The position numbers were made by a program, and so were the translations under genes. From Thermoproteota archaeon (GTDB lineage Archaea > Korarchaeota > Korarchaeia > Korarchaeales > Korarchaeaceae), in contig JALSOH010000006.1 in the NCBI GenBank assembly GCA_026986575.1, positions 128,001-192,000 on the forward strand: a stretch of DNA of 64,000 nucleotides, in the 5' to 3' direction. Every line of letters begins with the position of its first letter. Within the stretch, counting starts at the first letter, position 1. A model generated the notes under the pieces. That model saw only the letters and a list, made by a program, of their open reading frames with translations, was not told where the DNA came from and ran no database searches. This document shows, piece by piece, positions 20,095 to 30,314 of the stretch.

Positions 20095-21446
20095 ACTCCC
20101 GAGGCAGATGCCTGAACTAGTCCCCTAGAGACGCCGGCGCCATCGCCACCTGCGTAAAGTCCCTCAATGGTCTTGGTCTCCAAATTCTCCTTGAGATCCA
20201 GCTTGGCCGTGTGAAGCTTCACCTCTATCCCGTAGAGCAGGGTGTGGTCCGACGCTATCCCAGGCATTATCTCGTTCATTGCCTGTAGCATCTCCAGTAT
20301 ATCTTTTAAGTAGCGATAGGGAAGGACGAAGCTCAAATCTCCGGGAACGGCCGACGGGAGCGTAGGCTTTACTATACTGCGGCCCAACCTAGAGGGAGTG
20401 GATCTCCTCCCTCTCTTGAGGTCGCCGAACCTCTGGATGATGGGCTGATTGCCCGCTATGTTGTTGGCCATCCTAGCTATGCTGAGAGCGTAGGATATCG
20501 TGTCTTTATAGGGCTCTGTGAACTTGGTCGTGACGAGAACTGCGAAGTTCGTGTTATCTGTCTTGTAATCCTCCCTAGCCACTCCATTCACGGTTACAAT
20601 TCCCCAATAGGATTCAGTGACCACCTCCCCCCCAGGGTTGACGCAGAAGACTCTCACCCTGTCATCGAAGGTCTCGCTGTAGTAGATCAGCTTCGGCTCG
20701 TACAGAACCTCAGTGAACTCCTCCATGACCTCATAGGGCACCTCTACCCTAACACCGAGATCCACCTTGCCCCCCTCCACCTTTATGCCCAATCTCTTCG
20801 CCTCTCTAACGAGCCAACTAGCGCCTACCCTGCCCGGGGCCACCACCACGTACTTGGATAGGAGCTCCTCACCGTTGGATAGCTTCACCCCCTTGACTTT
20901 GCCGTTCTCCACTAGAATGTTGTCAGCCGCGATACCGAATCTGAAGACGACCCCCATCTCCAGAAGCCTCTTCCTGAAGTTCATGAGGACTTTGTAGCCG
21001 CCATCGCTCCCCATGTGCCTTATCCTGAAGGGGATCAACAGGAGCCCGGCCCTCAGCGCCTTGCTCTTCAACATCTCAATGGCCCTCCTGTTCTCACCGT
21101 ACACCTTCTTCGGAGCCCCTAAATCTAGGAATACCTTGTCTACATAGTCTATCAGTTCCCATACAACCTTCTCGCCTATGACGCTAGCTAAATCACCACC
21201 TATGTCCTTGGTTAGGTTGAGCTTGCCATCGCTGAAGGTCCCGGCTCCTCCAAATCCCGACACTATATCGCAGACCGGGCAGGCCAAGCACTTCCCCACA
21301 CTCTTCAATGGGCACTTTCTACCCTCTAGGTCCTTACCAAGTTCGACTACAATGACTTCAGACTCTGGAGCAAGCCTCTTTATCTCCATGGCGGCGAAGA
21401 GCCCGGTGGGTCCCGCACCTACTATGACGACATCCCACTCGCTCAA
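20055..21446 (-). CDS. FAD/NAD(P)-dependent oxidoreductase with Cys cluster
   Basis: VGAGPTG, C..C..C..C, GGAGTFSDGKL, GVRVE, GDGAGVSRG. Confidence 0.88.
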   Translation of the reverse strand: MSEWDVVIVGAGPTGLFAAMEIKRLAPESEVIVVELGKDLEGRKCPLKSVGKCLACPVCDIVSGFGGAGTFSDGKLNLTKDIGGDLASVIGEKVVWELIDYVDKVFLDLGAPKKVYGENRRAIEMLKSKALRAGLLLIPFRIRHMGSDGGYKVLMNFRKRLLEMGVVFRFGIAADNILVENGKVKGVKLSNGEELLSKYVVVAPGRVGASWLVREAKRLGIKVEGGKVDLGVRVEVPYEVMEEFTEVLYEPKLIYYSETFDDRVRVFCVNPGGEVVTESYWGIVTVNGVAREDYKTDNTNFAVLVTTKFTEPYKDTISYALSIARMANNIAGNQPIIQRFGDLKRGRRSTPSRLGRSIVKPTLPSAVPGDLSFVLPYRYLKDILEMLQAMNEIMPGIASDHTLLYGIEVKLHTAKLDLKENLETKTIEGLYAGGDGAGVSRGLVQASASGVWIGRDIAKRLSR

Positions 21447-21467
21447 CAGTTTCCCTTTCGGTTCCCG

Positions 21468-22181
21468 TCAGGTGAGTGATAATAAACCCTTCTCTCTGGA
21501 GAGGTAGGAGAGGGTTCCCAAGTAGCTGCCTTCTAGCGTGAGCACATCTGTCGCTTCAGGGTCTATGCACTTGGGGAACACGGGACCCCTCTCCCTCATC
21601 CGGAGTAGATCTCCATAACCCAGTATGTCATTGAAAGCGGGGACCACCACCAGTGTACGTGGAAGGTAGTTGCATGTGGTCTCGGCTATCAACCAGACAG
21701 GCATCTTGCCGAGGCCCTTGATCAAGATGGCCGGGTGGACATGCCCCATCACCCCGAACTCGTACTCAGAGGATTCAGGCGGGGGAAGGGCATGACCGTG
21801 AAACACCCACACCTCATCTAGGGGGACGCCCCTAGGCCCTCTGACATCACAGGAGTCCCCTACCACGCTTACTATACCCCCATCGTGATTCCCGGCCGTG
21901 AGGACGATCCTTGGAAAGGCGGCAGAGATCTCCTTGAGGAACTTCCTCACTCTGAATCTAGAAGAGAGGCCGATAGAGTGCTTCAAATCCCCTGCTATGA
22001 TCAGACCATCAGCTGGTCCCAAGGAGAGGAGCTTCTTGGCTAGGTGTTCGGTCCTATCGGGTATGTAGACCCCCTCCTTGGCGAGCTCTAACTCGAATCC
22101 CAAGTGGAGGTCGGCTATGAGGATCCACCTTTTCCCATCAACCTTTATCTCTAGGGCCGGGCTTCCCCATATGGGTTCCAT
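21468..22181 (-). CDS. Calcineurin-like metallophosphoesterase
   Basis: ADLHLG, GDLKH, GNHD, HGH, GHVHP, PAFN. Confidence 0.88.
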   Translation of the reverse strand: MEPIWGSPALEIKVDGKRWILIADLHLGFELELAKEGVYIPDRTEHLAKKLLSLGPADGLIIAGDLKHSIGLSSRFRVRKFLKEISAAFPRIVLTAGNHDGGIVSVVGDSCDVRGPRGVPLDEVWVFHGHALPPPESSEYEFGVMGHVHPAILIKGLGKMPVWLIAETTCNYLPRTLVVVPAFNDILGYGDLLRMRERGPVFPKCIDPEATDVLTLEGSYLGTLSYLSREKGLLSLT

Positions 22182-22557
22182 CGTGGGAGGGTGTAGTGAG
22201 GGACTTAAAAGGTATGGGACACTGAGCCAGCTATCGTGGGGCAGCGCGCTCAAGGCGCTCAAGTCCGCCCTGAAGGGCGGGGTCGAGAAACACGTCTTCA
22301 AGCCCAGTGGCAGATACGTATACGTGGTCAGGGGACCAACGGGCCCCCATCTGGTTATGGGGGATCTGGCATGTTCCTGTTTGGACTACTACCTGAACGT
22401 CGTAATCAGGGGTAAGAGGAAACTGTGCTATCATATAGCTGCTGCCATCATATCGGAAGAAGAGGGAACTTTCAGGGTTATAGAGCATAGAGATCCGGAA
22501 TTCATAGGAGTAATCAAGGGAGTTATCTCAGCTGAGGGTCTGGGTCCAGATCCCTAA
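22078..22557 (+). CDS. SWIM zinc-finger protein (true start downstream of ~22200)
   Basis: CSCLDY...CYH SWIM motif. Confidence 0.75.
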   Translation: MASSNSNPKWRSAMRIHLFPSTFISRAGLPHMGSIVGGCSEGLKRYGTLSQLSWGSALKALKSALKGGVEKHVFKPSGRYVYVVRGPTGPHLVMGDLACSCLDYYLNVVIRGKRKLCYHIAAAIISEEEGTFRVIEHRDPEFIGVIKGVISAEGLGPDP

Positions 22558-22607
22558 TCGTTGATAGGCGAAGCCTTTTTATCTCTCAATTATCCCTTTC
22601 GACGTAA

Positions 22608-23378
22608 GTGGTGATGATGGAGATCGAGGAGGAACTCGATAGGGAACTGCTTTCAACATATCACAGAAGGATCCTAAAAGAGATCGTGGCTAAGAAGATA
22701 GCCGGGGACATTCTTTTCAGCCAAAACATAGGGCTGGCCATGAGGAAGTGGAGGGAGTATTTCGGCATTAAGCAAAGCGAGTTGGCCAGGCTGCTAGGAG
22801 TATCCGCATCCGTAGTTTCGGACTACGAGTCGAGCAGGAGGAAGAGCCCGGGATCCCTCGTCCTCAGAAGATTCATAATGACCCTCCTCGATGAGGATGA
22901 GAAGAAGGGAGGGGCGGTAATCAGGACCCTAGTTAGGACGACCGGGATGATCCCGCTCCTCTCGAGTGTCATAGACATGAGCGAGTTCACACTTCCTATA
23001 GAGTTGGAGAAGTTCTTGGAGGTCATAGAGGGTAGGATAGTTGTTGAGGCCCCTCAGCCCACATACATTCACGGATATACTGTCATAGACAGCATTAAGG
23101 CCATACTCAGCCTGAGCGGATCCGACTTCATGAGGCTCTTCGGCACCTCCACCGAGAGGGCCCTCATCTTCACCAAGGTATCGGCTGGCAGGAGCCCCAT
23201 GGTGGCCCTCAAGGTCATAGACATAAGGCCCAGTCTAGTGGTCCTCCACGGACCTCAGCCGGATAACGTGGATAAGCTTGGTATGAAGCTGGCTTCCACC
23301 ATGAGAGTACCTCTGGCTGTCTCTATGATAGAAGATGTATATGAGCTCGTGGAGAGGCTCAGGGAGTTAACCGGCTGA
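22608..23378 (+). CDS. Archaeal XRE-HTH transcriptional regulator
   Basis: IAGDI, KWRE.FGIKQSELA, SVVSDYE.SRRKSPG, GRSPMVA. Confidence 0.85.
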   Translation: MVMMEIEEELDRELLSTYHRRILKEIVAKKIAGDILFSQNIGLAMRKWREYFGIKQSELARLLGVSASVVSDYESSRRKSPGSLVLRRFIMTLLDEDEKKGGAVIRTLVRTTGMIPLLSSVIDMSEFTLPIELEKFLEVIEGRIVVEAPQPTYIHGYTVIDSIKAILSLSGSDFMRLFGTSTERALIFTKVSAGRSPMVALKVIDIRPSLVVLHGPQPDNVDKLGMKLASTMRVPLAVSMIEDVYELVERLRELTG

Positions 23379-24191
23379 TCATCCCGCCAAGATCGCGCCC
23401 GCTATTACCAAAGCAGATCCCACCAGCCCCTCTGCACCCAGATTTTCACCCGTCAGCAGACCTAGGGCTACTGCAGATGCCGGTTCCACGTTGGATACTA
23501 TACCAGCGGTTCCAGCTTCCACCTTACCCACTCCTTTAGCGTGCAGGTAGTAAGCTAAGAAGGATGTGAATATCCCCAAATAAATCACGGACGTTAAGAA
23601 CGGTGGATTCAGCTCATACCTATCTAGGAAGAGGAAAGGAGCTAGCTCAAGCGCCGACCAGGGTTGAGGCCCTAACCCGACTTCCAAGGCGGAATATCCG
23701 GAGGTCATCAATTTTCTCGCCATCAGAATTATCCCCGAGTAGGCTATACTGCTCCCCAGTCCAAAGAGGATGCCGCCTAAGTTTGGATTGCCTATATTTG
23801 GAAGCTGGGTCAGGAAGGCGCCTATGCCAGCTAGGAACAGCGCGATCACCTTCTTCTTGGTTATCCCCTCACCTAAGAACACGGAAGCGAACAAGACGAC
23901 GAGCGCTGGAGCCGTGTATAGTAGGACAGCCGCGATTCCCATACCTGAGAGCATAACGCTGAACATGTAAGTGAGGAACAAAGGCCCTGTGAACAGCAAG
24001 CCTAGGAGAATCAGATTCCTGTCAAAGACCTTTCTTCGAAGAACTACTAGGGCGAGAATCGCGCTGACAGCCGCCCTAAAAGCGCTGATAGAGGCTGGAC
24101 CCGCTCCGGCTGATAGAGCTATTTTAGTAGCGACACCTATTGTTCCCCACAGGAACGCCGCTGCTGCGACGTAGACCCTACCGTCGGCCAA
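23379..24191 (-). CDS. EamA/DMT family transporter
   Basis: About 10 TM helices, LWG, LLYTAP, NVEP. Confidence 0.85.
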   Translation of the reverse strand: MADGRVYVAAAAFLWGTIGVATKIALSAGAGPASISAFRAAVSAILALVVLRRKVFDRNLILLGLLFTGPLFLTYMFSVMLSGMGIAAVLLYTAPALVVLFASVFLGEGITKKKVIALFLAGIGAFLTQLPNIGNPNLGGILFGLGSSIAYSGIILMARKLMTSGYSALEVGLGPQPWSALELAPFLFLDRYELNPPFLTSVIYLGIFTSFLAYYLHAKGVGKVEAGTAGIVSNVEPASAVALGLLTGENLGAEGLVGSALVIAGAILAG

Positions 24192-24293
24192 TGGCGGACA
24201 CCTTCATAGCCTCTAGACCGCAGCATGGAGGAGGGGCTTTTTGAGACTACTGTCGTATGGTGTTTATTACGCTTTCTCCCTATCTCGAGATCG

Positions 24294-25184
24294 ATGAGGA
24301 TAGGAGTAGCGGCTATATCCCTGATCGTGTTGCTCACCATATCTTTAGCGTCGTTGGATGCCGCCCCGATCAAGGCGAGGGTCCCAATCTATGTTCCGGC
24401 GAACCTGCCGGTCACTGGAACCGTATGCTTACCTTCAGCGCTGGCCGCCGGCCTGAAGGCCAAGCTCTACGTCGACGACGCCTTCGTTGACGAGGGATCG
24501 GCTGATGAGGTGGGATGCTACAAGGTCACCATAAAACCACTCACCCCGGGCAGGCACGAACTCTACGCCGAGATCTACAAGGGAAGCATAAAGATCGCGG
24601 AGATATCAGCGGAGGTCATAGCTATCGAGGGGATGATAACGGTCAGGCCCGATCCACTGGCCACCTTGAGGAGGGGGGAGACTAAGAAGGTCTCCCTCTT
24701 CATAGAGAACAAGTCCCCCGTCAACATGAGCAATGTTAGGGTTGAGATAGAGGCCCCGTTTCCCATTTACGCCGAGCGCATGACCAGGGTAAGGAACTTC
24801 GTGGTCAGGGGATCCATCGGAGATCTGAGAGTTAATGAGACGAGGGAGATAAGGATGGAACTCGCGATCCCCTCGAACTTCAGGCCGGGCACCTACACCC
24901 TCAAGATAAACATGACCTACGTTGTGGGCGAGTCCACCTACTCGGCTCCGCTTGGAGTGTCCGTAATAGTGTCCCAAGAGGGAGCAGAGGTCCCGCGAAC
25001 CCAGCAGGCTACATCCCAAACCACCTCTCCTGCATCCACGGTCACATTCCAGGATAGGAGCACCACCTCGCCAGAATTTGAGGTTCAGGAGGAGCCGACG
25101 CCAGCTTGGCTCTTCCTCCTAATCGCCTTCGTCGGTGCGCTGGTTGTCGGCTTGGTGCTCTGGATGGTGACCAGATCACACTGA
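24294..25184 (+). CDS. Membrane-anchored surface protein with Ig-like domains
   Basis: Signal peptide, beta-rich domains (PGRHEL, PGTYTL), Thr-rich linker, C-terminal TM helix. Confidence 0.65.
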   Translation: MRIGVAAISLIVLLTISLASLDAAPIKARVPIYVPANLPVTGTVCLPSALAAGLKAKLYVDDAFVDEGSADEVGCYKVTIKPLTPGRHELYAEIYKGSIKIAEISAEVIAIEGMITVRPDPLATLRRGETKKVSLFIENKSPVNMSNVRVEIEAPFPIYAERMTRVRNFVVRGSIGDLRVNETREIRMELAIPSNFRPGTYTLKINMTYVVGESTYSAPLGVSVIVSQEGAEVPRTQQATSQTTSPASTVTFQDRSTTSPEFEVQEEPTPAWLFLLIAFVGALVVGLVLWMVTRSH

Positions 25185-25233
25185 ACCGATAAACGTTAAA
25201 ATCCTAAATTTTCTCTCCCCTCTGGGGGAGAAC

Positions 25234-26592
25234 ATGGTCGAGATAGAGGAGATAGGCGGAGAGCTGAGGATGGAGAGGATAGGAGCGCACAGTCACATAA
25301 AGGGACTCGGGCTGGACGAGAGCGGCAGGGCGAAACAGGTAGCGGATGGGCTGGTCGGCCAGACTAGGGCTAGGGAAGCGGCCGGTCTGGTAGTGATGAT
25401 GGCAAAGGAGGGGAAACTGAGTGGGAAGGCGGTACTGCTTGCAGGTCCTCCCGGTACCGGGAAGACCGCCATAGCCGTGGCCATGGCTAGGGAGTTGGGG
25501 GAGGACGTTCCGTTCATCCAGCTGAGCGGATCCGAGATATACAGTACTGAGAGGAAGAAGACCGAGGTCCTGATGGAGGCAATGAGGAAGGCCATAGGTG
25601 TCAAGGTCAGGGAACTGAGGAAGGTCTACGAGGGAGAGGTCAAGGAGCTGGACATCAAGATGGGGTCCAGTCCCTACAATCCCTTTGTGAAGGTCCCTCA
25701 AGAGGCCGTGATAACCCTGAAGACCACGGATGAGGAGAAGAGGATAAGGGTCGGACCGAACGTGGCTAGGCAGCTCGTGGAATTCGGGATTGCTGAAGGG
25801 GACGTGATAATGATAGACGCCAAGGACGGTAGGGTGTCCAAAGTCGGCAGATCCACCGAATCGTTCTCATACGATCTGGAGGCTGAACAGCTCGTGCCGA
25901 GGCCGGATGGACAGGTCCTCAAGGAGAAGGAGTTCGTGTACGTGCTCACATTAGACGATCTGGATAGAATGGTGGCTAGGAGGAGGAGCGGTGGTGGTCT
26001 GTTCTCCCTACTCTTTGGAGTCGAGGAGAAGGAGATAGATCCCGAGGTGAGGGCCGCCGTGGATCAGCAGGTGAAGGAATGGGTCGAGATGGGCAGGGCT
26101 GAGATAGTGCCAGGAGTGATGTTCATAGATGACGCTCACTTGATGGATATAGAGGCTCTGAGCTTCATTTCTAGGGCCATGGAAAGCGAACTTGTACCCA
26201 TCATAGTGATGGCCACCAACAGGGGGATCACCAAGATCAGGGGGACGGAGATAGAGGCTCCCTTTGGCATGCCCCTTGACCTGCTGGACAGGCTCGTGAT
26301 AATAACCACTGACAAGTACAGCAAGGAGGAAATAGGCCACATACTCAAGATAAGAGCTAAGGAGGAGGGGGTGAAGCTAAGTGATGACGCCCTCGAACTT
26401 CTAATGGAGCTAGGTACCAAGAAATCCCTCAGGTACGCCGTTCAAATACTTGGAATAGCAGGTGTAAGGATCAGGTCCAGAGGTAAGGAGGAGATAGGCA
26501 GAGAAGATGTGGAAGAGGTGGCTAGGAGATTCAGCGATGTTAGGGAGGCGGTAGATCACCTGAGGAGGTATGAGGAGGAGCTGCTCAAATAA
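25234..26592 (+). CDS. TIP49/RuvB-like AAA+ ATPase
   Basis: RIGAHSHIKGLGL, GLVGQ..AREAAG, GPPGTGKT, GSEIYS, FIDDAH, ATNRG, DLLDR, SLRYA. Confidence 0.95.
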   Translation: MVEIEEIGGELRMERIGAHSHIKGLGLDESGRAKQVADGLVGQTRAREAAGLVVMMAKEGKLSGKAVLLAGPPGTGKTAIAVAMARELGEDVPFIQLSGSEIYSTERKKTEVLMEAMRKAIGVKVRELRKVYEGEVKELDIKMGSSPYNPFVKVPQEAVITLKTTDEEKRIRVGPNVARQLVEFGIAEGDVIMIDAKDGRVSKVGRSTESFSYDLEAEQLVPRPDGQVLKEKEFVYVLTLDDLDRMVARRRSGGGLFSLLFGVEEKEIDPEVRAAVDQQVKEWVEMGRAEIVPGVMFIDDAHLMDIEALSFISRAMESELVPIIVMATNRGITKIRGTEIEAPFGMPLDLLDRLVIITTDKYSKEEIGHILKIRAKEEGVKLSDDALELLMELGTKKSLRYAVQILGIAGVRIRSRGKEEIGREDVEEVARRFSDVREAVDHLRRYEEELLK

Positions 26593-26595
26593 CCC

Positions 26596-27870
26596 TCATC
26601 TCCCTCTCATTTTGAAGAGAGTGCATCTCTCCCCCTGAAACACGGGTTGGGCTCTCAACCTCCTCACGAGAGCTTCAGCCTTTGATGGAAGCGCTGAACC
26701 CTTTGCTGAAGATCCCATATGGGAGGGCTGACATACCAGCATGTAGCTGGCCCCCTCAGGCGTGGATGTCACATCGAAACTGAGGGTCTCCGCCCAGTAC
26801 CTGATCTTCACATCGGGGACGAAGATCGGAGAGCGGTACCTATCTAAGATGTACTTCATCTCATTGAATGTAGCCATGTCCACGGTGGGTCTCACCGTGG
26901 AAGCTAGTGTGAACCCTGAGGAGGCCACGAGCACCAGCGCTAGGACGGCGAGTATTCTCCCTCTCCCCACCTCGGCCTTCCCTCTAGAGAGTACGGCAGA
27001 TAGAGGTATCCCCCCTAAATTGCGAAACCTCATTACCCAACCTCTCCCGTAGACGGGGAGGCTGAACAGTAGCGAGACGAGACCTAAGGAGCCGTGCATC
27101 GGCTCCTTGTTCTTGTACCATGACCAGAGGAGAAGAAGGGAGGACACCAAGGGCACCAAATCTAAAAGACCCGAAGGTCCCACCTCTCCCTCGGCCACCT
27201 GTTCAACGAGGGCCACCCCTTTGGACACATCACCCCCGACTATCCAGGGCTGGAGAAAGGCTAAGGCGAGGAGGGCTGAACTAATTGAGGCCAAGGTCAT
27301 TGCCCTCCTGTCCCTCCTCAGTAAAGCGTAGAGGATAGAGAGGCCTACCGTGAACCCGAAATCCAAGATGTGGGTGAGCATGACCAAGAGAACCGAGATC
27401 GCCGCGCCCACCAAGTCCCTCAACTTCCCCTCTCTCCCGTACCTCAACGCGAAGAAGAGCCAAGAGAATACCCATATCAGACCGAAGGCGTTCTTCACGA
27501 AATCGGTAACCAGTCTAACAGTATAGTAAGAGGTGGTTAGTGCTAAAACCCCCAAGACGGCTGCCTCGTCATCTCCATCAACTTCCCTGAAGTACATGAA
27601 GGCCGGAATGAACATGAGCGAGGATATTATTGGGACCCCCACATTCACCGCCAAGATGTTATCTCCAGTAGCGAAGTAGAAGGGAAGCAGCAGGTAGAAG
27701 GTCAGTGGGGGATCTGGATGCCTGAGAGTCCAGTAGCTGGCTATCCAACTCACTTGGGCGGAGTAGTAGGGCCCATCTATTAGGGGAAGTAGGGGGGTCC
27801 TGAAATAGGCGTAGATGTAGAGAGCCAGTGGGACGATCAGGAATAGGAGCCACCTCATCCCTTTAACCAT
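26596..27870 (-). CDS. Polytopic membrane protein, possible GT-C glycosyltransferase
   Basis: DGPYY and DPPL in the first loop followed by many TM helices. Confidence 0.55.
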   Translation of the reverse strand: MVKGMRWLLFLIVPLALYIYAYFRTPLLPLIDGPYYSAQVSWIASYWTLRHPDPPLTFYLLLPFYFATGDNILAVNVGVPIISSLMFIPAFMYFREVDGDDEAAVLGVLALTTSYYTVRLVTDFVKNAFGLIWVFSWLFFALRYGREGKLRDLVGAAISVLLVMLTHILDFGFTVGLSILYALLRRDRRAMTLASISSALLALAFLQPWIVGGDVSKGVALVEQVAEGEVGPSGLLDLVPLVSSLLLLWSWYKNKEPMHGSLGLVSLLFSLPVYGRGWVMRFRNLGGIPLSAVLSRGKAEVGRGRILAVLALVLVASSGFTLASTVRPTVDMATFNEMKYILDRYRSPIFVPDVKIRYWAETLSFDVTSTPEGASYMLVCQPSHMGSSAKGSALPSKAEALVRRLRAQPVFQGERCTLFKMRGR

Positions 27871-28091
27871 TTCTCCACCTCCTCTCTCAGGAAATCAGGG
27901 AGCTCGTCGAATGGGATGATGGTTGTTCTCGCCCTAATATACGGCAGATCTTTATCTTCAAAACTACTGACGGCCAATACTCCTCCCTCGAACAGGTAGT
28001 ACGATATCTCCCCAATTACCTTGAGCGGAATAGCCTTCTCGGGGGTTACGCCCCTCAACCTCCCCTTGACCTCCCTCAGACTCAAAGCCAC
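27855..28091 (-). CDS. Small hypothetical protein
   Basis: Host-like codon use; overlaps the start of the next gene. Confidence 0.5.
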   Translation of the reverse strand: MALSLREVKGRLRGVTPEKAIPLKVIGEISYYLFEGGVLAVSSFEDKDLPYIRARTTIIPFDELPDFLREEVEKWLKG

Positions 28092-28173
28092 CCCCTCGCC
28101 GAATTAGCCTGCAGCATGAAGGTACTTCGCTTCCTCCTATATCAAACTTTTTCATGCTTGTGCCTGCCTGAAC

Positions 28174-29685
28174 TTGGGTGATAGCACGAAAGCTAGCTGG
28201 AAGCTACTGGCCATTGTAATCACACTCGCAGTGGTGCTCATCCCCCTGCCCCACCTGAGCGCTCAAGGTACCTTGACATGGTACGATCCCTTGGAGGAAC
28301 CGCAGCTACCTCAGCTGGATGTGAAGGCCATGCATATATCTTGGAACGGCAACATCACACTCGCGTTTGAGTTCTACGGAACCCCCTCGGTGGAGAACTT
28401 CACCGTGATAGGCAACGTGTATCTGGACAGGCTCGTGGAGGGTGAGGGCGTACCCGAGGGCGACGTTAAGGGAGCGGACTACAGGCTGGTGTTCTCCGTG
28501 AACCCCAACCGGACGGCCTGCTCAGTGCAGAGGTTCAACTCACTTAAGAATGGATGGGACACTCTTGCGGCCGCCTGCTGGGTGAGGATGGAGGGGGGGA
28601 GGGTGATACTCACCACTCCCAATGTGACGGCGGCCTTTCCCAAGGGAGAATTCGGTGTCAAGGCGTACATGTGGATGGTCGAGAGAGACGACTTCGACTG
28701 GGTGACTTACAAGCTGAAAAAGGAGGGAGCGGCGAAAATAGACGGGAAGCTAGGGGACTACGGTGCCCCTACAATACTGGACCCCGTCGGGGATGCCGAC
28801 AGGGTAGCCGATTACAAGGAACTTTACGTTAAGGACGACTTCTACAGGATTTACTTCGCGATAGTACCTGTGGACGGGCTAGGCTGCAACTTGAGAGGTT
28901 ATGGGGCGAGGCTGGAGAGGTTCTTCAACATATATGTGGATGCGGACCTTAACAGGAGCAACGGGCATGAGCTGTGGGAGAGTTACCTCTACAGGTGCAA
29001 TCTGACGGGCAGGATGTGGGAGAGGCTTCCCACTAAGGCTATATACGTGTCAAATCCCGCCCTTAGGAGGAAGGGCGTGATGGTCGGTGATGTGTTCGAG
29101 TCCTACGTGTACTTGGGTCCGGTGAGAAGGCAGATAGTTGATCACGGCAAGCAATTCGGCCTAAGGGCCAGCGTGGTGACTAGGCTTATGGACGCGATCC
29201 CAGATAGTGGGTGGCTCATCTACCGCAAGGATCACCTCTCCTCAAGCTCCTTCGAGGTGACCGGTCCTGATGTGGACATTAGTATGAGTAAGGATCTCTC
29301 AGACAGATTCAAGGCCTTCGGAAAAGCGTCAGGGCTTTACAGGATAACATTAGGAGGTCCAGCAGTCAATCCGTCCTACGGCGAGCCGGTAAAATTCGTT
29401 AAAGGAGAGAACGGCCTCTTCTATGGGGTTGAAATCGGCAACACGACCTACTGGGCGTCCTACGGACGCAGGGACTTCGCGGTAGTCGGAATCCACGAGG
29501 CTGGAGAGGGGATTTACATCACCGCAGCTGGTGTGACTAGGTTCGGGACCAGAGCCGCCTTGATCTGGCTCAGCGAGAACATGCCCTTGTTAAAAGAGGG
29601 GATATACGTCCTGAGCTGGATCGATGATGGAGACGGCAAGGTGGAGATCAGCGAGATAGGGGTGGTAACAGTTGAAGGATCCTAG
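28174..29685 (+). CDS. Secreted/S-layer-associated protein
   Basis: Signal peptide, DOMON-like repeats (DP.GD, YVDAD), C-terminal GGPAVN..AG.TRFGTRAA. Confidence 0.65.
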   Translation: MGDSTKASWKLLAIVITLAVVLIPLPHLSAQGTLTWYDPLEEPQLPQLDVKAMHISWNGNITLAFEFYGTPSVENFTVIGNVYLDRLVEGEGVPEGDVKGADYRLVFSVNPNRTACSVQRFNSLKNGWDTLAAACWVRMEGGRVILTTPNVTAAFPKGEFGVKAYMWMVERDDFDWVTYKLKKEGAAKIDGKLGDYGAPTILDPVGDADRVADYKELYVKDDFYRIYFAIVPVDGLGCNLRGYGARLERFFNIYVDADLNRSNGHELWESYLYRCNLTGRMWERLPTKAIYVSNPALRRKGVMVGDVFESYVYLGPVRRQIVDHGKQFGLRASVVTRLMDAIPDSGWLIYRKDHLSSSSFEVTGPDVDISMSKDLSDRFKAFGKASGLYRITLGGPAVNPSYGEPVKFVKGENGLFYGVEIGNTTYWASYGRRDFAVVGIHEAGEGIYITAAGVTRFGTRAALIWLSENMPLLKEGIYVLSWIDDGDGKVEISEIGVVTVEGS

Positions 29686-30304
29686 GCTAGTCCCAGTCGA
29701 GATAGCTGTGATGCTCCTCCAAGAGGTCCCTCAGAAGGCGCTCCGCGGAGTAGATCTGAAGCAGATAAGGGCTGAGGCCCAAACCCTAGTCTACAGCTTC
29801 ATGTCGTTGGAGGATCTGGCCGAGCAGGGAATGCTGGATGGGTTGGTTGCTAAGGGAAAGGAGCTACACTCCGTTTGGAGGGAATTGAGGGAGAGAGCCA
29901 GATCCCCGTCCGACGCCCTGAACGCGGCCAAGGTGAGGTTCGCAGCGATAACCTTGGAGGGCCTTCCTAACCGAGTCGGTAGGGAGCAGAGGCTGTACAG
30001 TGGGGTTGATTCGCTCTGGGGAACCATTGTCTCTATTAAACCGTTCGATGGACTCAGAGCGACCGTGGTGGACGCGGGCGAGAGGTTCAATGTGGTCACC
30101 AACCTGCAAGTGAGGGAGGGGGATGTGGTGGCCTTCGCCGTACTCCCCCCAAAGAGGTTCGGTTCTTACGTCTCGGAGGGCATGTTCATAGAGGCGGAGG
30201 GGGAGGGTAGGAGCGGTCAACCGGCCGTTCCAACCGAGAAGGGTAAGGGATCAATAGAGGCCGTTCTAAGAGAGGAGGCGGCTAGGCTTAAAGTGAAAAT
30301 ATGA
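29672..30304 (+). CDS. tRNA-binding OB-domain protein (Trbp/EMAP-like)
   Basis: YSFM N-terminal domain; VVTNL..EGD..A.LPP..F...SEGMF. Confidence 0.8.
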   Translation: MKDPRLVPVEIAVMLLQEVPQKALRGVDLKQIRAEAQTLVYSFMSLEDLAEQGMLDGLVAKGKELHSVWRELRERARSPSDALNAAKVRFAAITLEGLPNRVGREQRLYSGVDSLWGTIVSIKPFDGLRATVVDAGERFNVVTNLQVREGDVVAFAVLPPKRFGSYVSEGMFIEAEGEGRSGQPAVPTEKGKGSIEAVLREEAARLKVKI

Positions 30305-30314
30305 AGATCTAGCC

